Shown here: positions 49,459-60,718 of the stretch, piece after piece
How positions within the stretch are numbered: the first letter of the stretch is position 1
How the letters are laid out: each line of letters begins with the position of its first letter
DNA from: Glycera tridactyla
Lineage: Eukaryota
Direction: 5' to 3'
Length of the DNA: 64,000 bases
Assembly (NCBI GenBank): GCA_965644265.1
Contig: OZ286461.1
Span: 40,796,001 to 40,860,000 of the forward strand
The notes under the pieces: model-generated
What the model was told of the DNA's origin: nothing
The model's input: only the letters and a program-made list of their open reading frames with translations
The model's database searches: none
Made by a program: the position numbers and the translations under genes

Positions 49459-49543
49459 AAGTAAAACCTGTCTATAGTGAAAAGTCATAGGCCAGATTTT
49501 TCTTTTCACTGTAGACAGGATTTCACTATAGCAGGTTTTACTG
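49459..49543. mobile_element. 85-bp TA-flanked mini-MITE related to the family A/41279 ends
   Basis: TA|AAGTAAAACCTG ... CAGGTTTTACTG|TA. Confidence 0.75.
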
Positions 49544-49858
49544 TATTCATTACATGGGTATGTGGACAGGGCCCAAAGGGCAGGCCTCAAGATGTGGTAT
49601 AGTTTCCATTCGTTTGATGACGTACTATTTCAGTAAACTTAAGTATCATGAGCTGGTCACCACTAAGACAATCCATCATACCATCAACAAGAATTACATC
49701 ATAGTATGTAGGTCAAAGTAACATTGTGCCGAGTTTTTATGACCATCCTGGGAATCATTCACTTTGAAGTCAAGGTGGGAAACTTGTTCCCAATTTGAGT
49801 ATCAGTCAACCCACAGAAAATCCACAGCACCCAGAATTCTCGGAGCTGACGAGATGTA

Positions 49859-50032
49859 CAGTCGAACCTCTTTATAAAGACCGCCTTCGGTTGCATCAAA
49901 AAGTGGCCTTTATAGGGAGTTGGTCTTTAGAGGTCATTTACTGTTGAAAATACTACCATGGTCGCTGCTCAGGGTGGTCTTTATAGGGAGATGGTCTTTA
50001 TAGAGAGGTGGTCTCTAGAGGAGGTTCGACTG
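49859..50032. mobile_element. TA-flanked CAGTCGAACC MITE, inverted relative to 38767-38943
   Basis: TA flanks, 11-bp TIR, reverse-complement alignment. Confidence 0.9.
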
Positions 50033-51494
50033 TATACATTAAATCAGCATAGTTGAACCTGCTTCAAAGGCCACCTCTCTACAGAGACTACATACCTACA
50101 AAGACCATATAATCGAACCTGCGACAAGAGACCCTAGATGAGAGACCCAATCTGACAGGAGACTGCTTTTCAAGGAAAGCTTTTTTAAGAATGGCTCTGC
50201 CAGGCTTTATGCAGGCAATCACACAGAAGCAATGGCAGCAGCAGGCCCAAAAACTGTATGTATTCAGTGTGTGCTCACTGAGAAAATAGTCCCCTCATGA
50301 ATGCTATGGATGAAAAACCTTATGTTAGGTGAGAGATGGTGTTTGAGGCCTAAATGGATATAGATGTATCAAACAGTTTTCTAGGATGGAGAGTTTGCTA
50401 TGAAAGACATGATATATGAGTGCAATGACTTGAGGTTTGCACCATATCAATCCTCCAACAGGGGAGTGAAGAGTCATGCTGTTGCTGATGGGAGATATTA
50501 TCATAAAATAGCTATGGTGACACACATTATCAAACTTTCATCACATCCTTTGAACTGTTACATAACTGAATGCAGTATGTGATACAAAGTAAAGATCATC
50601 CCATCATGAGCAGGCAGAATCAATGTGAGACAAATTAAAAACCTGGCTAATGAAAGCTGGCCCAAAATATGAAATGTTGGTGTAATTCTGCCAGTCACCA
50701 CTGTGTCACTTTATAAAAACGGTCAAAAGAAGGGTCTGTCAAAACGACAGCACTCTGAAGTATCCACCCGACCATAAACTGTCTCTCTGCCATCATATTC
50801 AGGACTCAACTATAGGTGGGGAGCAGGTGGGAGGAAGTGGAGGTCTGTACTACACCAGCAGAGCAACCAGACATCATAGGCTCCGGGATCTACCAGTTGA
50901 CCCAGATGTACTGATAGTGCTCTCCCTTATCCCCCCCCCCCCCATTCACACAGACCCCAATCTCTTATCTTGTTTGGTCCCTCCACATGCATTATAGTTT
51001 TACAGTGGAGCCTGTGATGAGAGACACTCTGACAATAGACCACCCCTGAGGGGAGACCACTTTTTCAGGGCAGCTCCTTCATTTGACATAGTCAAATATA
51101 CTGTACCTATGATGAGAGACCACTTTTAGGGTGGTCCCTCATTGCATATTCCACAACAGTATTTTGTCTCAAATGATATTGATGACAGATGGCCTTGCCG
51201 TCAAGGGTCTTCACTACGCATATCATAGCTATGCCATTTTAATCAAATCAATTACAGTGAAGTCAGTGACCAAAAGCAGTTTCCCAGTAGCAATGATTGT
51301 CTTCAATTTGCTGAGAGATTTATGGATCTTGTTATGAGATCATCTAAAATTGACTTTTGAGTGCTGATGTCCCTGATATAGCACAGGCGGAGAGCAATTT
51401 GGTTAAAGTGAGATATGTGAATGGAGACCACTTGGATGCATCAGTGGTTTTTATAGAGAGATGGCTCTTGGTTCATGATCAGTTGAGAAGATAT

Positions 51495-51805
51495 TTGTTT
51501 CGTTTGTTTTGTTGGGGGTTTAATGTCACATCAGCTCCACCTGTGCTATAATGTGACCCCCATGCAATGGGCATGGGTGGGATCATTCAAGACTCCTCGT
51601 TCTGGGTCCATAACAGAAGGTGAAAATTTATGATTTTGTTTGTTTGTTTTGTTGGGGGTTTAACGTCACATCAGCTCCATCTGGGCTATATTGTGACGCC
51701 CATGCAATGGGCATGGGTGAGATCATTCAAGACTCCTCCTCCTGGATCCCCAACAGAAGGCGAAAATTTATGAAATTCACAGACACTCAAGGTGTCATTT
51801 CTGTT
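51495..51805 (-). mobile_element. Two tandem copies of the same SINE-like repeat
   Basis: Cores at ~51513 and ~51653, each preceded by (TTTG)n. Confidence 0.85.
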
Positions 51806-52253
51806 ATTGAAAATTTATGAAATCAATACACATCAATAAAAGGTAACTCCCCAGAAAAAGGTTCCAATGAGCTTCAATTTCAGAGCTACAGATGATGTTG
51901 ACTCTCATGTCAAACTTCAGTTTTTTTTATGAGATACCATTCGATTAAATTGTATCATTTATGTATTAATGGGTGAGATTGATGTTTTGCATTACTTTCA
52001 TATTCAGAGACAGGAGTCATGCTGTGGTATTGCTGCCATTCTTTTGGGGCCTACCGGTACAGGCCTAGTTATTTGATATAATCAAATATACCTCTGACAA
52101 GAGATCACCTATTTTAAGAGACTGCATTTTGATGACATTAAGAGTAGTCTCTTGTTGCAGGTTTCACTGTATCATATTTTTGTAATGGTGGTTTACCAGA
52201 TAATCCCTCTCACTACAGAGTCTAACATTTCACAAAACCACAGGTGCTCTTCA

Positions 52254-52638
52254 TAAGAGGTGTCACGATTATCGATTAATTCCCGATTATCGATCGATCT
52301 TGGTGACCAAATAGACAATATATTGCAGAGATGTGGAATCGATTTAATCGGGACAGTCAGCACATATATTTCAATGGAAAATCCAGCCTTTATGATGAAA
52401 GTAGCTATGGATTTCCTCGGAGCTCAAAATGCTGTCATTTTGCTCCACCCAAAATAAACCCCATACCCTAGGAGACTGCTCTGCATACACCTGTGTATAT
52501 CTACAATTCTGGACACAAAACATTGGTGAAACAAGGTAGTGGTTGGGGTGCCAGTGTTTCAAACCGATTATGATCGATAATCGATCGGTTGGGCTAACTG
52601 ATAATCGATTCTCAAAATGCAACCGATTGCCAACACTA
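52254..52638. mobile_element. hAT-type MITE with 8-bp TSD and ATCGAT-rich subterminal motifs
   Basis: Flanks GCTCTTCA/GCTCTCCA (7/8); imperfect TA..GTG/CACTA ends; clustered ATCGAT motifs at both ends. Confidence 0.65.
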
Positions 52639-52759
52639 GCTCTCCATAGACAGATTTGTCAATATTATCATGTTTTTCCTCTGCCAAACTGGCTAGACAT
52701 GCCCTATTCTACTTCAGTGTAGATAATCCCATCTCTGTGATCTTGACATGGAATACATG

Positions 52760-52875
52760 TCGTCATCGTCGAAGACGCTTTACGCCTTGTGTAGGCTCTT
52801 TGCTTCCACTATCAGCGCTCTCCATCGGGATCTGTCCATTGCGATGCGCATCAGGTCAGTTGAGTTTAGGGGCGG
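52760..52875 (-). mobile_element. RTE-type LINE 3' tip (LMRIAMDRSRWRALIVEAKSLHKA*)
   Basis: A.DR..WR motif followed by a GACGAT tail. Confidence 0.65.
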
Positions 52876-53885
52876 GAGATTTTAATTCCCATCAGAAATA
52901 TTACTAGCGGAAAGCAAGTTACGCCTAGAAAACAAGAGTGTGGATGTCAAGCTGAAGTCTGACCTAGCACTTATGGGCAGTGTGAATCTCGGGGATGACC
53001 ATGCGGGGGATGGAAACATGGGAGTTCTGACGCCTGCATTCAGAGATGATGAGAGCTCTCAATCTGGCAGAAGTGGCACACTCACGTCACACTCAACAAC
53101 CTTCCTACTATAGATTATTCATCCAATCAATGATTCCATCCAATCATCATCTTGGGGCCACGATCTATTAGGCATCTTACCCTGCTACATGTTATGACTG
53201 ACATATTACCACCATAATGCCCGGTCAATATAGTTCTGGCGACAAGTCAGCAAACTTGGGCGTTGATACGATAAACTATCTAGACAAAAAGTCATCGAAG
53301 CCTGTGGAGAGAGAATCCAGCAATACTGTCCCATGATAGAGTACCCCTTTCTAACAGTGACCTCGGATAACAGATAACAGGACTTCATTTAGACAGGCGT
53401 ACACAGATTGGGTATACAGTATTACTTGAAGGGATAATGTTACAAGCATACATCGTCAGGCGTAAGAGCCTACTCTCCCTCTGTAACCTGTTTTCATGTC
53501 ACTACCACTGATTGATACCAATATGAACGTTACATAATAATCATAGCATAATCAATTGCAGAGATGCCAACTTTTCAGAATCCCAAAGAGTAATGATCAT
53601 GCGGGGAGATGAACACGCGGCATTCGCGATGCGATTCGTGACCCGATTTGCGACGTGATGTACTATGATTCACCAGTATTTTGCACCAATTCAATAAATG
53701 AAAATGTATTCATCACCATACATCGCCCTTAAAAGCACATATTCTGTAAACACACACCAAATTAGAATATGATATGAATCAAATCCGATTGTCAATGGCA
53801 GGTAAAAAAGTATAGAACAGGAGTAAAACATGTTTGAACCTCCCCCCCCCCCCCCCGTAATAAGTCCTACAGACTAGCTCAGATC

Positions 53886-54289
53886 ACTACTGTTTGTCTG
53901 ATATGGATGAGAAATATGTGAAACCTGCTATGAGCGATCACCTCTCTTGAACGATCGCTTTTGTTTGCCAAAATACCAGATACTTCTTAAATGACCTGTG
54001 ACAAGTGATCACCTCTCTAACATGACCAGCCACCGGCCTAAATGGTAGAAATTACCTGCAATAAGCAATGTAGAACTGCTCACAATTGAGCTGATCTCAA
54101 CTTCATTTTTCACTTATGACAGGATGGAAGGCACCACGGGACCAAAAATGGTGTTTCACTGTTCAGGTTAGACAGGTTTTTGCCTAAGCCAGGACAATTA
54201 TAGTGAAAAAACAGTTGGGCGGTCCGTGGTGTATGTGCTTAAGACAGGATTTCACCTAGTGCAGGTTTTCACTCGAGCAGGTTTTACTG
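53886..54289. mobile_element. Chimeric MITE family A, copy 3 (one end truncated)
   Basis: Colinear with ~16767-17175; ends GGTTTTACTG|TA. Confidence 0.88.
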
Positions 54290-56068
54290 TATTAATTTAC
54301 TAATTTGGGCATCTTCAAAACAAAAAATCACTTTTGACAAAATGTTGACACCCTGCTTTGGTTGGGTGGCTAGCATCATGTCTGTTTCTACAATAGCTAC
54401 AGTAGGCAGTATCAACTATCTCCTGCCTGATGTTCAGTGAAGCCAGTCTGTGTGCATGTGTGCAGAGTGATTGACTGCAACCACTGTGAAATGATCTTCA
54501 TTACCTTCACTTTGAGACACTATAAATTATTTGGCTACATGGAAAAGTCACATAAAACATCACTTAGAAACTTTACATGAGTACAGTTAACAATTAGACA
54601 AACATGAAAATAACACACGAATATCACTTGACTAGAGGGGTAAGGGTTTTAGGGTTGGGGGGATAGGGTGAGAGAAGTGTGCAGGGGTAGGGATGTTGCT
54701 GGCAAGTGGTTGTCATGGGGACGACAAGAGCCCCGTGCTCAACAGGAGCCCCATTGACTGAACATTTTACCTATAGTTGGTTCCATTCACAGTTGGTTAG
54801 TGTCTATCGAAATATGCCCAAATGATGCCACTGCCAGGTGACTGGGCATGATACTTTAGGAAGCCACATTATGACCTGGAATGGACTGTAGCAGGATGCA
54901 GTACCAGTCCCCTCCAAAAAGCATAATAACTGACAACCAGATCGTAATGACATAATATAGGGGTGAAAATCGTAATCATTATGCCAAAATCGTAATGGTC
55001 GGCATTTGAGTACCAAAAATATTTTTGTTGGAACCTGACAATTACACACGACCTGGCAATTCTTCAAGGTGGTCAAGGTGGCATGCTCTGATAGATTGAG
55101 TGAGCATTTCTCAAGCACCTTCCCTCCATGTAAACTCGACACTCGCTCAGCAGCAAGTGGACAGCATGCCATTCCTAGAAGTTGCCTTCGTCCGAGACGA
55201 GCCACAATTTGGAATTTTGTCTGAAATGATGTTCGACATGCCCCTACAATTAGTAGTTTCTGGACAAGATCTTTTTGCACACTGGAAAGTTTATCTATAT
55301 GAGGGGCACACCCTACAGTATTGGTGCCCTATAGATGACTGGCATCGTGAATCTGCCAACAATATAGGTTTTTAATTGTGTTAGAAACCAGAGGGATATG
55401 ATAGAATTGATCTCATTCATGGCCGTCATCATCATATTCTGCCAAATAGATGCTGCTGGTGTGAGCAAATATCGAAAAGGGGGCATTTTTCGACTCATAC
55501 ATTTGATGACTGACATGTGAGTGATATCATATGAAATTGCTCTCGCTGGTGGCAACAATTTTGTGCGGAGAAAATCAATAGAGTTTCTTGTCGGAAATGC
55601 TCATGAATTATCAGGGACAGGAAAAAATTATACCGCCAACCATTCATCCATTTTCCTCACCAGTAAATTAGTGATGCATTCAGAGAAACATCATGTTTTT
55701 GCATCACTATTCCGGAGAAACAACAATGATTTCTCCATTGATTGTCATTGAGATTATTTTGAGAAGGATACATTATGTATGATGGGGAGTGAAATTTTAA
55801 CTGCAAGAACAAATAAATTTCAGTACTGATGGGACTTTTTTGTAGTTTAGTTTGAATGTGAATATTCTTATTAGCATTGGACATTGAATACTCTGCCCAT
55901 TTGAAAGACAAGAACCATTGAAAACATGCCCACTATTGGATGAACCAGTAGCCCTATAATAGAGAAATATGTGGTGATAATTTTTTTTTTTGCAAGAAGT
56001 GAGGTACATCCATTTGGATTTGTGATTGGCTTTGAGAAAGAAGATGCAGGACATATTTAATCAAGCAA

Positions 56069-56165
56069 AGAGAGAGACAGACAGACAGAGACAGACAGTA
56101 CGGAGACAGACAGACAGCTGGATGGGTGGACTGACAGGCAGGAAGGCAGGCAGGCAGGCAGAAAG
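56069..56165. repeat. (GACA)n/(GGCA)n microsatellite running into a gap
   Basis: Direct reading. Confidence 0.9.
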
Positions 56166-56484
56166 NNNNNNNNNNNNNNNNNNNNNNNNNNNNNNNNNNN
56201 NNNNNNNNNNNNNNNNNNNNNNNNNNNNNNNNNNNNNNNNNNNNNNNNNNNNNNNNNNNNNNNNNNNNNNNNNNNNNNNNNNNNNNNNNNNNNNNNNNNN
56301 NNNNNNNNNNNNNNNNNNNNNNNNNNNNNNNNNNNNNNNNNNNNNNNNNNNNNNNNNNNNNNNNNNNNNNNNNNNNNNNNNNNNNNNNNNNNNNNNNNNN
56401 NNNNNNNNNNNNNNNNNNNNNNNNNNNNNNNNNNNNNNNNNNNNNNNNNNNNNNNNNNNNNNNNNNNNNNNNNNNNNNNNNNNN
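56166..56484. other. Assembly gap (N)
   Basis: Run of N. Confidence 1.
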
Positions 56485-56769
56485 GTCGAACACATAATTT
56501 ACACATAAAAATCTGTTATGAGTCAACATCGTTCAGTGCTGGCTGTAGCTCACATTTAAGGGTATGTGAGGTGGGATGATTTTATCGTTAAATCAATATG
56601 CTGCCCTGCTAAAACTACAGCACAAATAAATTCTCATCGATTTTCTGCCATGAAACAGTCATCATTCACTTTATGTCATTATCCATAGATATTGTCAGTG
56701 CTGGATACAAACTCAGGTTTTGTTTTAATCACTAAGCAGACACCCCCTCCCAAACCCCATCCCCATCCT

Positions 56770-57140
56770 NNNNNNNNNNNNNNNNNNNNNNNNNNNNNNN
56801 NNNNNNNNNNNNNNNNNNNNNNNNNNNNNNNNNNNNNNNNNNNNNNNNNNNNNNNNNNNNNNNNNNNNNNNNNNNNNNNNNNNNNNNNNNNNNNNNNNNN
56901 NNNNNNNNNNNNNNNNNNNNNNNNNNNNNNNNNNNNNNNNNNNNNNNNNNNNNNNNNNNNNNNNNNNNNNNNNNNNNNNNNNNNNNNNNNNNNNNNNNNN
57001 NNNNNNNNNNNNNNNNNNNNNNNNNNNNNNNNNNNNNNNNNNNNNNNNNNNNNNNNNNNNNNNNNNNNNNNNNNNNNNNNNNNNNNNNNNNNNNNNNNNN
57101 NNNNNNNNNNNNNNNNNNNNNNNNNNNNNNNNNNNNNNNN
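56770..57140. other. Assembly gap (N)
   Basis: Run of N. Confidence 1.
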
Positions 57141-58100
57141 TAGATGGGTGGGAGGGTAGGTGGGTTGGTAGGTGGGTGGGTAGGTGGGTGGGTGGGTGGG
57201 TAGGTGGGTAGGTGTGTGGGTGGGTGTGTGGGTGGGTGTGTGGGTGGATAGTTGGGTGGGTGGGTATGTGAGTGGGTAGGTGGGTGGGTAGGTGGGTGGG
57301 TATGTGGGTAGGTGGGTGGGTAGATGGGTGGGAGGGTAGGTGGGTGGGTGGGTGGGTTGATGGGTAGCTGGCTGGGTGGGTAGGTGGGTGAGTGGGTATA
57401 TGGGTAGCTTGGTGGGCAGGTGGGTCTGTTGGTGGGTGGGTAGGTGGGTGGGTTGGTGGGTGGTTGGTTGTTGATTAGATGGGTGGTTAGATTGGCGGGT
57501 AGGTGGGTGGGTATGTGGGTGGGTAGGTGGGTGGATGGGTAGGTGGGTGAGTAGGTGGGTAGGTGGGTGGGCAGGTAGGTGGGTGGGTTGATGGGTAGCT
57601 GGCTGGGTGGGTAGGTGGGTGAGTGGGTATATGGGTAGCTTGGTGGGCAGGTGGGTCTGTTGGTAGGTGGGTGAGTAGGTGGGTAGGTGGGTGGGCAGGT
57701 AGGTGGGTGATTAGGCGGGTAGGTAGGTGGGTTTGTATGTGGGTAGCTGGGTGGATAGATGGGTGGGTGGGTGGGTGGGTGGTTGGGTAGGTGTGTGGTA
57801 GGTGGGTGGGTAGATGGGTGGGTAGCTGGGTAGCTGGGTGGGTGGGTAGGTGGGTTGGTAGGTGGGTTGGTTATGTGGGTGGGTATGTGGGTGGGTATGT
57901 GGTTAGATGGGTGGGAGGGTAGGGGGTAGGGTTGGTGGGTAGGTGGGTGGATAGTTGGGTGGGTGGGTAGTTGGGTGGGAGGGTGTGTGGGTACATAGGT
58001 GGGTGGGTGAGTATGTGGGTAGGTGGGTGGCTGAGTGTGTAGGTGAGTTCATGGGAAATGTGTCGGTTGGACGTTTAGGTGCATGGATGGATGGGTAGGT
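57141..58100 (+). repeat. ~950-bp GGGT/AGGT low-complexity tract with G-quadruplex potential
   Basis: Dense GGGTGGGT/GGGTAGGT units abutting an assembly gap. Confidence 0.95.
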
Positions 58101-58107
58101 GGGTTGG

Positions 58108-58297
58108 TCGTCATCCTCATCGTCGTCGCTGTCCTCGTCGTCCTCGTCGTTATCCTCGTCCTCGTCGTCCTCATCCTCGTCATCGTCCTCATCCTCGTCC
58201 TAGTTTTCATCGTCATCGTCATCCTCATCGCCGTCATCGTCGTCGTTCTCCTCCTCGTCATTGTCATCGTCGTTGTCTCTCTCTCTCCCTCTCTCTC
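58108..58297. repeat. (TCG/TCC/TCA)n trinucleotide tract followed by (CT)n
   Basis: Direct reading. Confidence 0.95.
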
Positions 58298-59051
58298 TTA
58301 AATGAAGGTAGTGCGTGCACATGTGCGAACCCAACTGGGATGTAACTGTACTGACTGAAATCAGCACGGTGACCTCACTAACCCGCACTGACCAACACAA
58401 AAGCATGCATGCCTGGCTATTCACAGCAATAAGTAGGTCGTAATCGAAAGCAAAGGATGCCAACGTTAGCCTCTAAATCTCATGATATAACCCCAACTTT
58501 CTCCTTCATTTCTATTCCAAATGAAAATGCGATTCCAGCAACTGTTTTTATGAACAGTGAACAATCAGCATGAGTGCCAACTCATGATTCTGTAGCCTCT
58601 CTCAGCTGTATTGATGAATAGTGTCAGGTGGTCGAAAGTTTCAGGAACTCTCACTACCATATCAGGTTATGGATGCCCATGAATGTCAAGAATTTCTACT
58701 CCTTTTTTTCAATTTTATAGCATACTGATGAAATAACAACCATTTTTCACTGAAATCATGCTATACGGCCAATTCTCCCAAATTGGGGCCAAAAAGTGGC
58801 AGATAGGGTCACTTTTTCAAACAATCCCTTTGATAAACCATTATTGCCATACAGTTCCACCACTTGTTAGGTCTCTATACCAAAATAATCGGGGAGATAT
58901 GATGAGCAAAAAAATATTATCACTGTTTTCATGAGTGGGGGGTTGTCAGCCGTTGCGTATGTTACCTTTTTATAAGAATCTCTCAAAAACACTCATAAAT
59001 TGCTCTGAATTAACATTTATCATTATGAATCAATAACCTTTGTTCCAGGAT

Positions 59052-59290
59052 CAGTGTCAAATCTAGAAATTGACTTCAGAGGGGGAAACACCCCCCCCCC
59101 CCCCTGAAAAAAGGGGGCTTTTTCAGGAAAATAAGGGGCCTTTTCGGAGGGAAACCGAATAGACAATGCCATTTATAAATCAATATGGCTCTCTGATGGG
59201 GCAAAATGTGCTCCTCCATCCAGAAATAAGAGGTGTCCTGTCAGGTCTATGTGACAAATCCCCCCAACGCCCCCTCTGGATTGGACACTG
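59052..59290. mobile_element. hAT-like MITE with 6-bp TSD, copy 1
   Basis: TIR CAGTGTC(A/C)AATC...GATTGGACACTG; flanks CAGGAT/CAGGAT. Confidence 0.88.
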
Positions 59291-59427
59291 CAGGATGTCA
59301 TTCCACACTACTTATTTCCTTCTCAAGGTCAGTCATCCAAAAGGATGTGAGCCAGAAATACAATGTCCGTCCTCAATCCTCAGGCGCTGTCTTTAATTTT
59401 TTCTAAGCAATTACAATAAGCATAAGT

Positions 59428-59662
59428 CAGTGTCCAATCTAGAAATTGACTTCAGAGGGGGAAACACCCCGCTCTCTGAAAAAAGGGGGCGTTTTCAGGA
59501 AAATAAGGGGCCTTCTTGGAGGGGAACAGAATAGACAATGCCATTTATAAATCAATATGGCTTTCTGATGGGGCAAAATGTGCCCCTCCATCCAGAAATA
59601 AGGGGCGTTCTGTCAGGTCTATGTGACAAATCCCCCCAACGCCCCCTCTGGATTGGACACTG
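59428..59662. mobile_element. hAT-like MITE with 6-bp TSD, copy 2
   Basis: Near-identical to 59052-59290, same orientation; flanks ATAAGT/ATAAGT. Confidence 0.88.
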
Positions 59663-60718
59663 ATAAGTACCAAACTCATTATTCCAATTGGATACATATT
59701 GATGAGATGATGGGAACAGGGTTTTGTCATTCTCTTGAAAATTTGGGAAATAATGAACATCATCTTTTTTTTACACCCAAGTTATCTCATGTGAATTTCA
59801 TTCAGTAATTGCCACCAAAAGCAGCTAGTAGCTACATTTATCTTCACAGTGATCCAAATTTACATAATATCATTGAATAGGCTTGAAAACATTTATCTGA
59901 TCTTATATGAGCACTCTCAAGACAAAAAAGTCAAGGATAACATACATATTGGGTTGTAGCTCGTGCAGATTATGTCAAAATAACATACATATGCTCACAT
60001 CATCCATATTCCTATACCACAGTGATCATTTGTGATCATCAGTGGATGAAAAAGCATGGATCATCCAAATGTTGAGCAACCGTCCAACAAGGTCAACTTT
60101 ATCCTGAGATCCCTTGGCTAAGTATCGCCTAGAATATATTATGTTATGCAAAGTTTGCATGTCAATTTAATTTTGGATTGACATCCATGCACTTTTGTAT
60201 CAACTATAAACCAGATTATGAACGAAACCGGAAAAATATATAGTGTCATGAATGCATGGGGATCACATTTAAGGAGTGATCAATCAGTGATGGCACCTGT
60301 TGCTTGTAAACATGCTAAAACTCTGACATCACCCTTTAAGTGCCAAATCATTTTTTAGAGGTTGTTTATCACCTTGTTGATTCCTGTGAGCACTGGGTTG
60401 GTCATTGTCACAATATTTTCAAATGATCTGATGATGATACGAGAGTTGATTCAGTGGGATTGAATGGTGAACTTGCACTCAAAAATTGACGGAATGGTAG
60501 TAACATACTGTGAAGCAGTTCAGAGATATCAGGGACCTATTTATCTCTAACATTTGACATGTCCCAAGGTTGTAAAATGAAGCCCTGCTATCGATTGTCA
60601 AGACTGAGTATGTTTAAGATCTTTGGATTATCTCAATTTGATATAGCACATCGCCAAAGTAGGGTGGGGTCTGATGTTATGTTTCGTGCGGTCAAAAATG
60701 GCCAATTTTGGCCATTAA

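Noticed and set aside
540-51805. Apparent single-strand bias of the SINE-like repeat
   Set aside because: An opposite-orientation copy exists at ~13590-13700, and tandem copies are not independent.
54804-55560. 158-aa ORF and overlapping ORFs, possibly a decayed LINE or transposase (also ~16020-16690)
   Set aside because: Only faint motif resemblance across frames; no family can be named with support.
58049-58463. D/E-rich, R/P-rich and V/I-rich ORFs
   Set aside because: All frames of a trinucleotide repeat; no splice context or homology.
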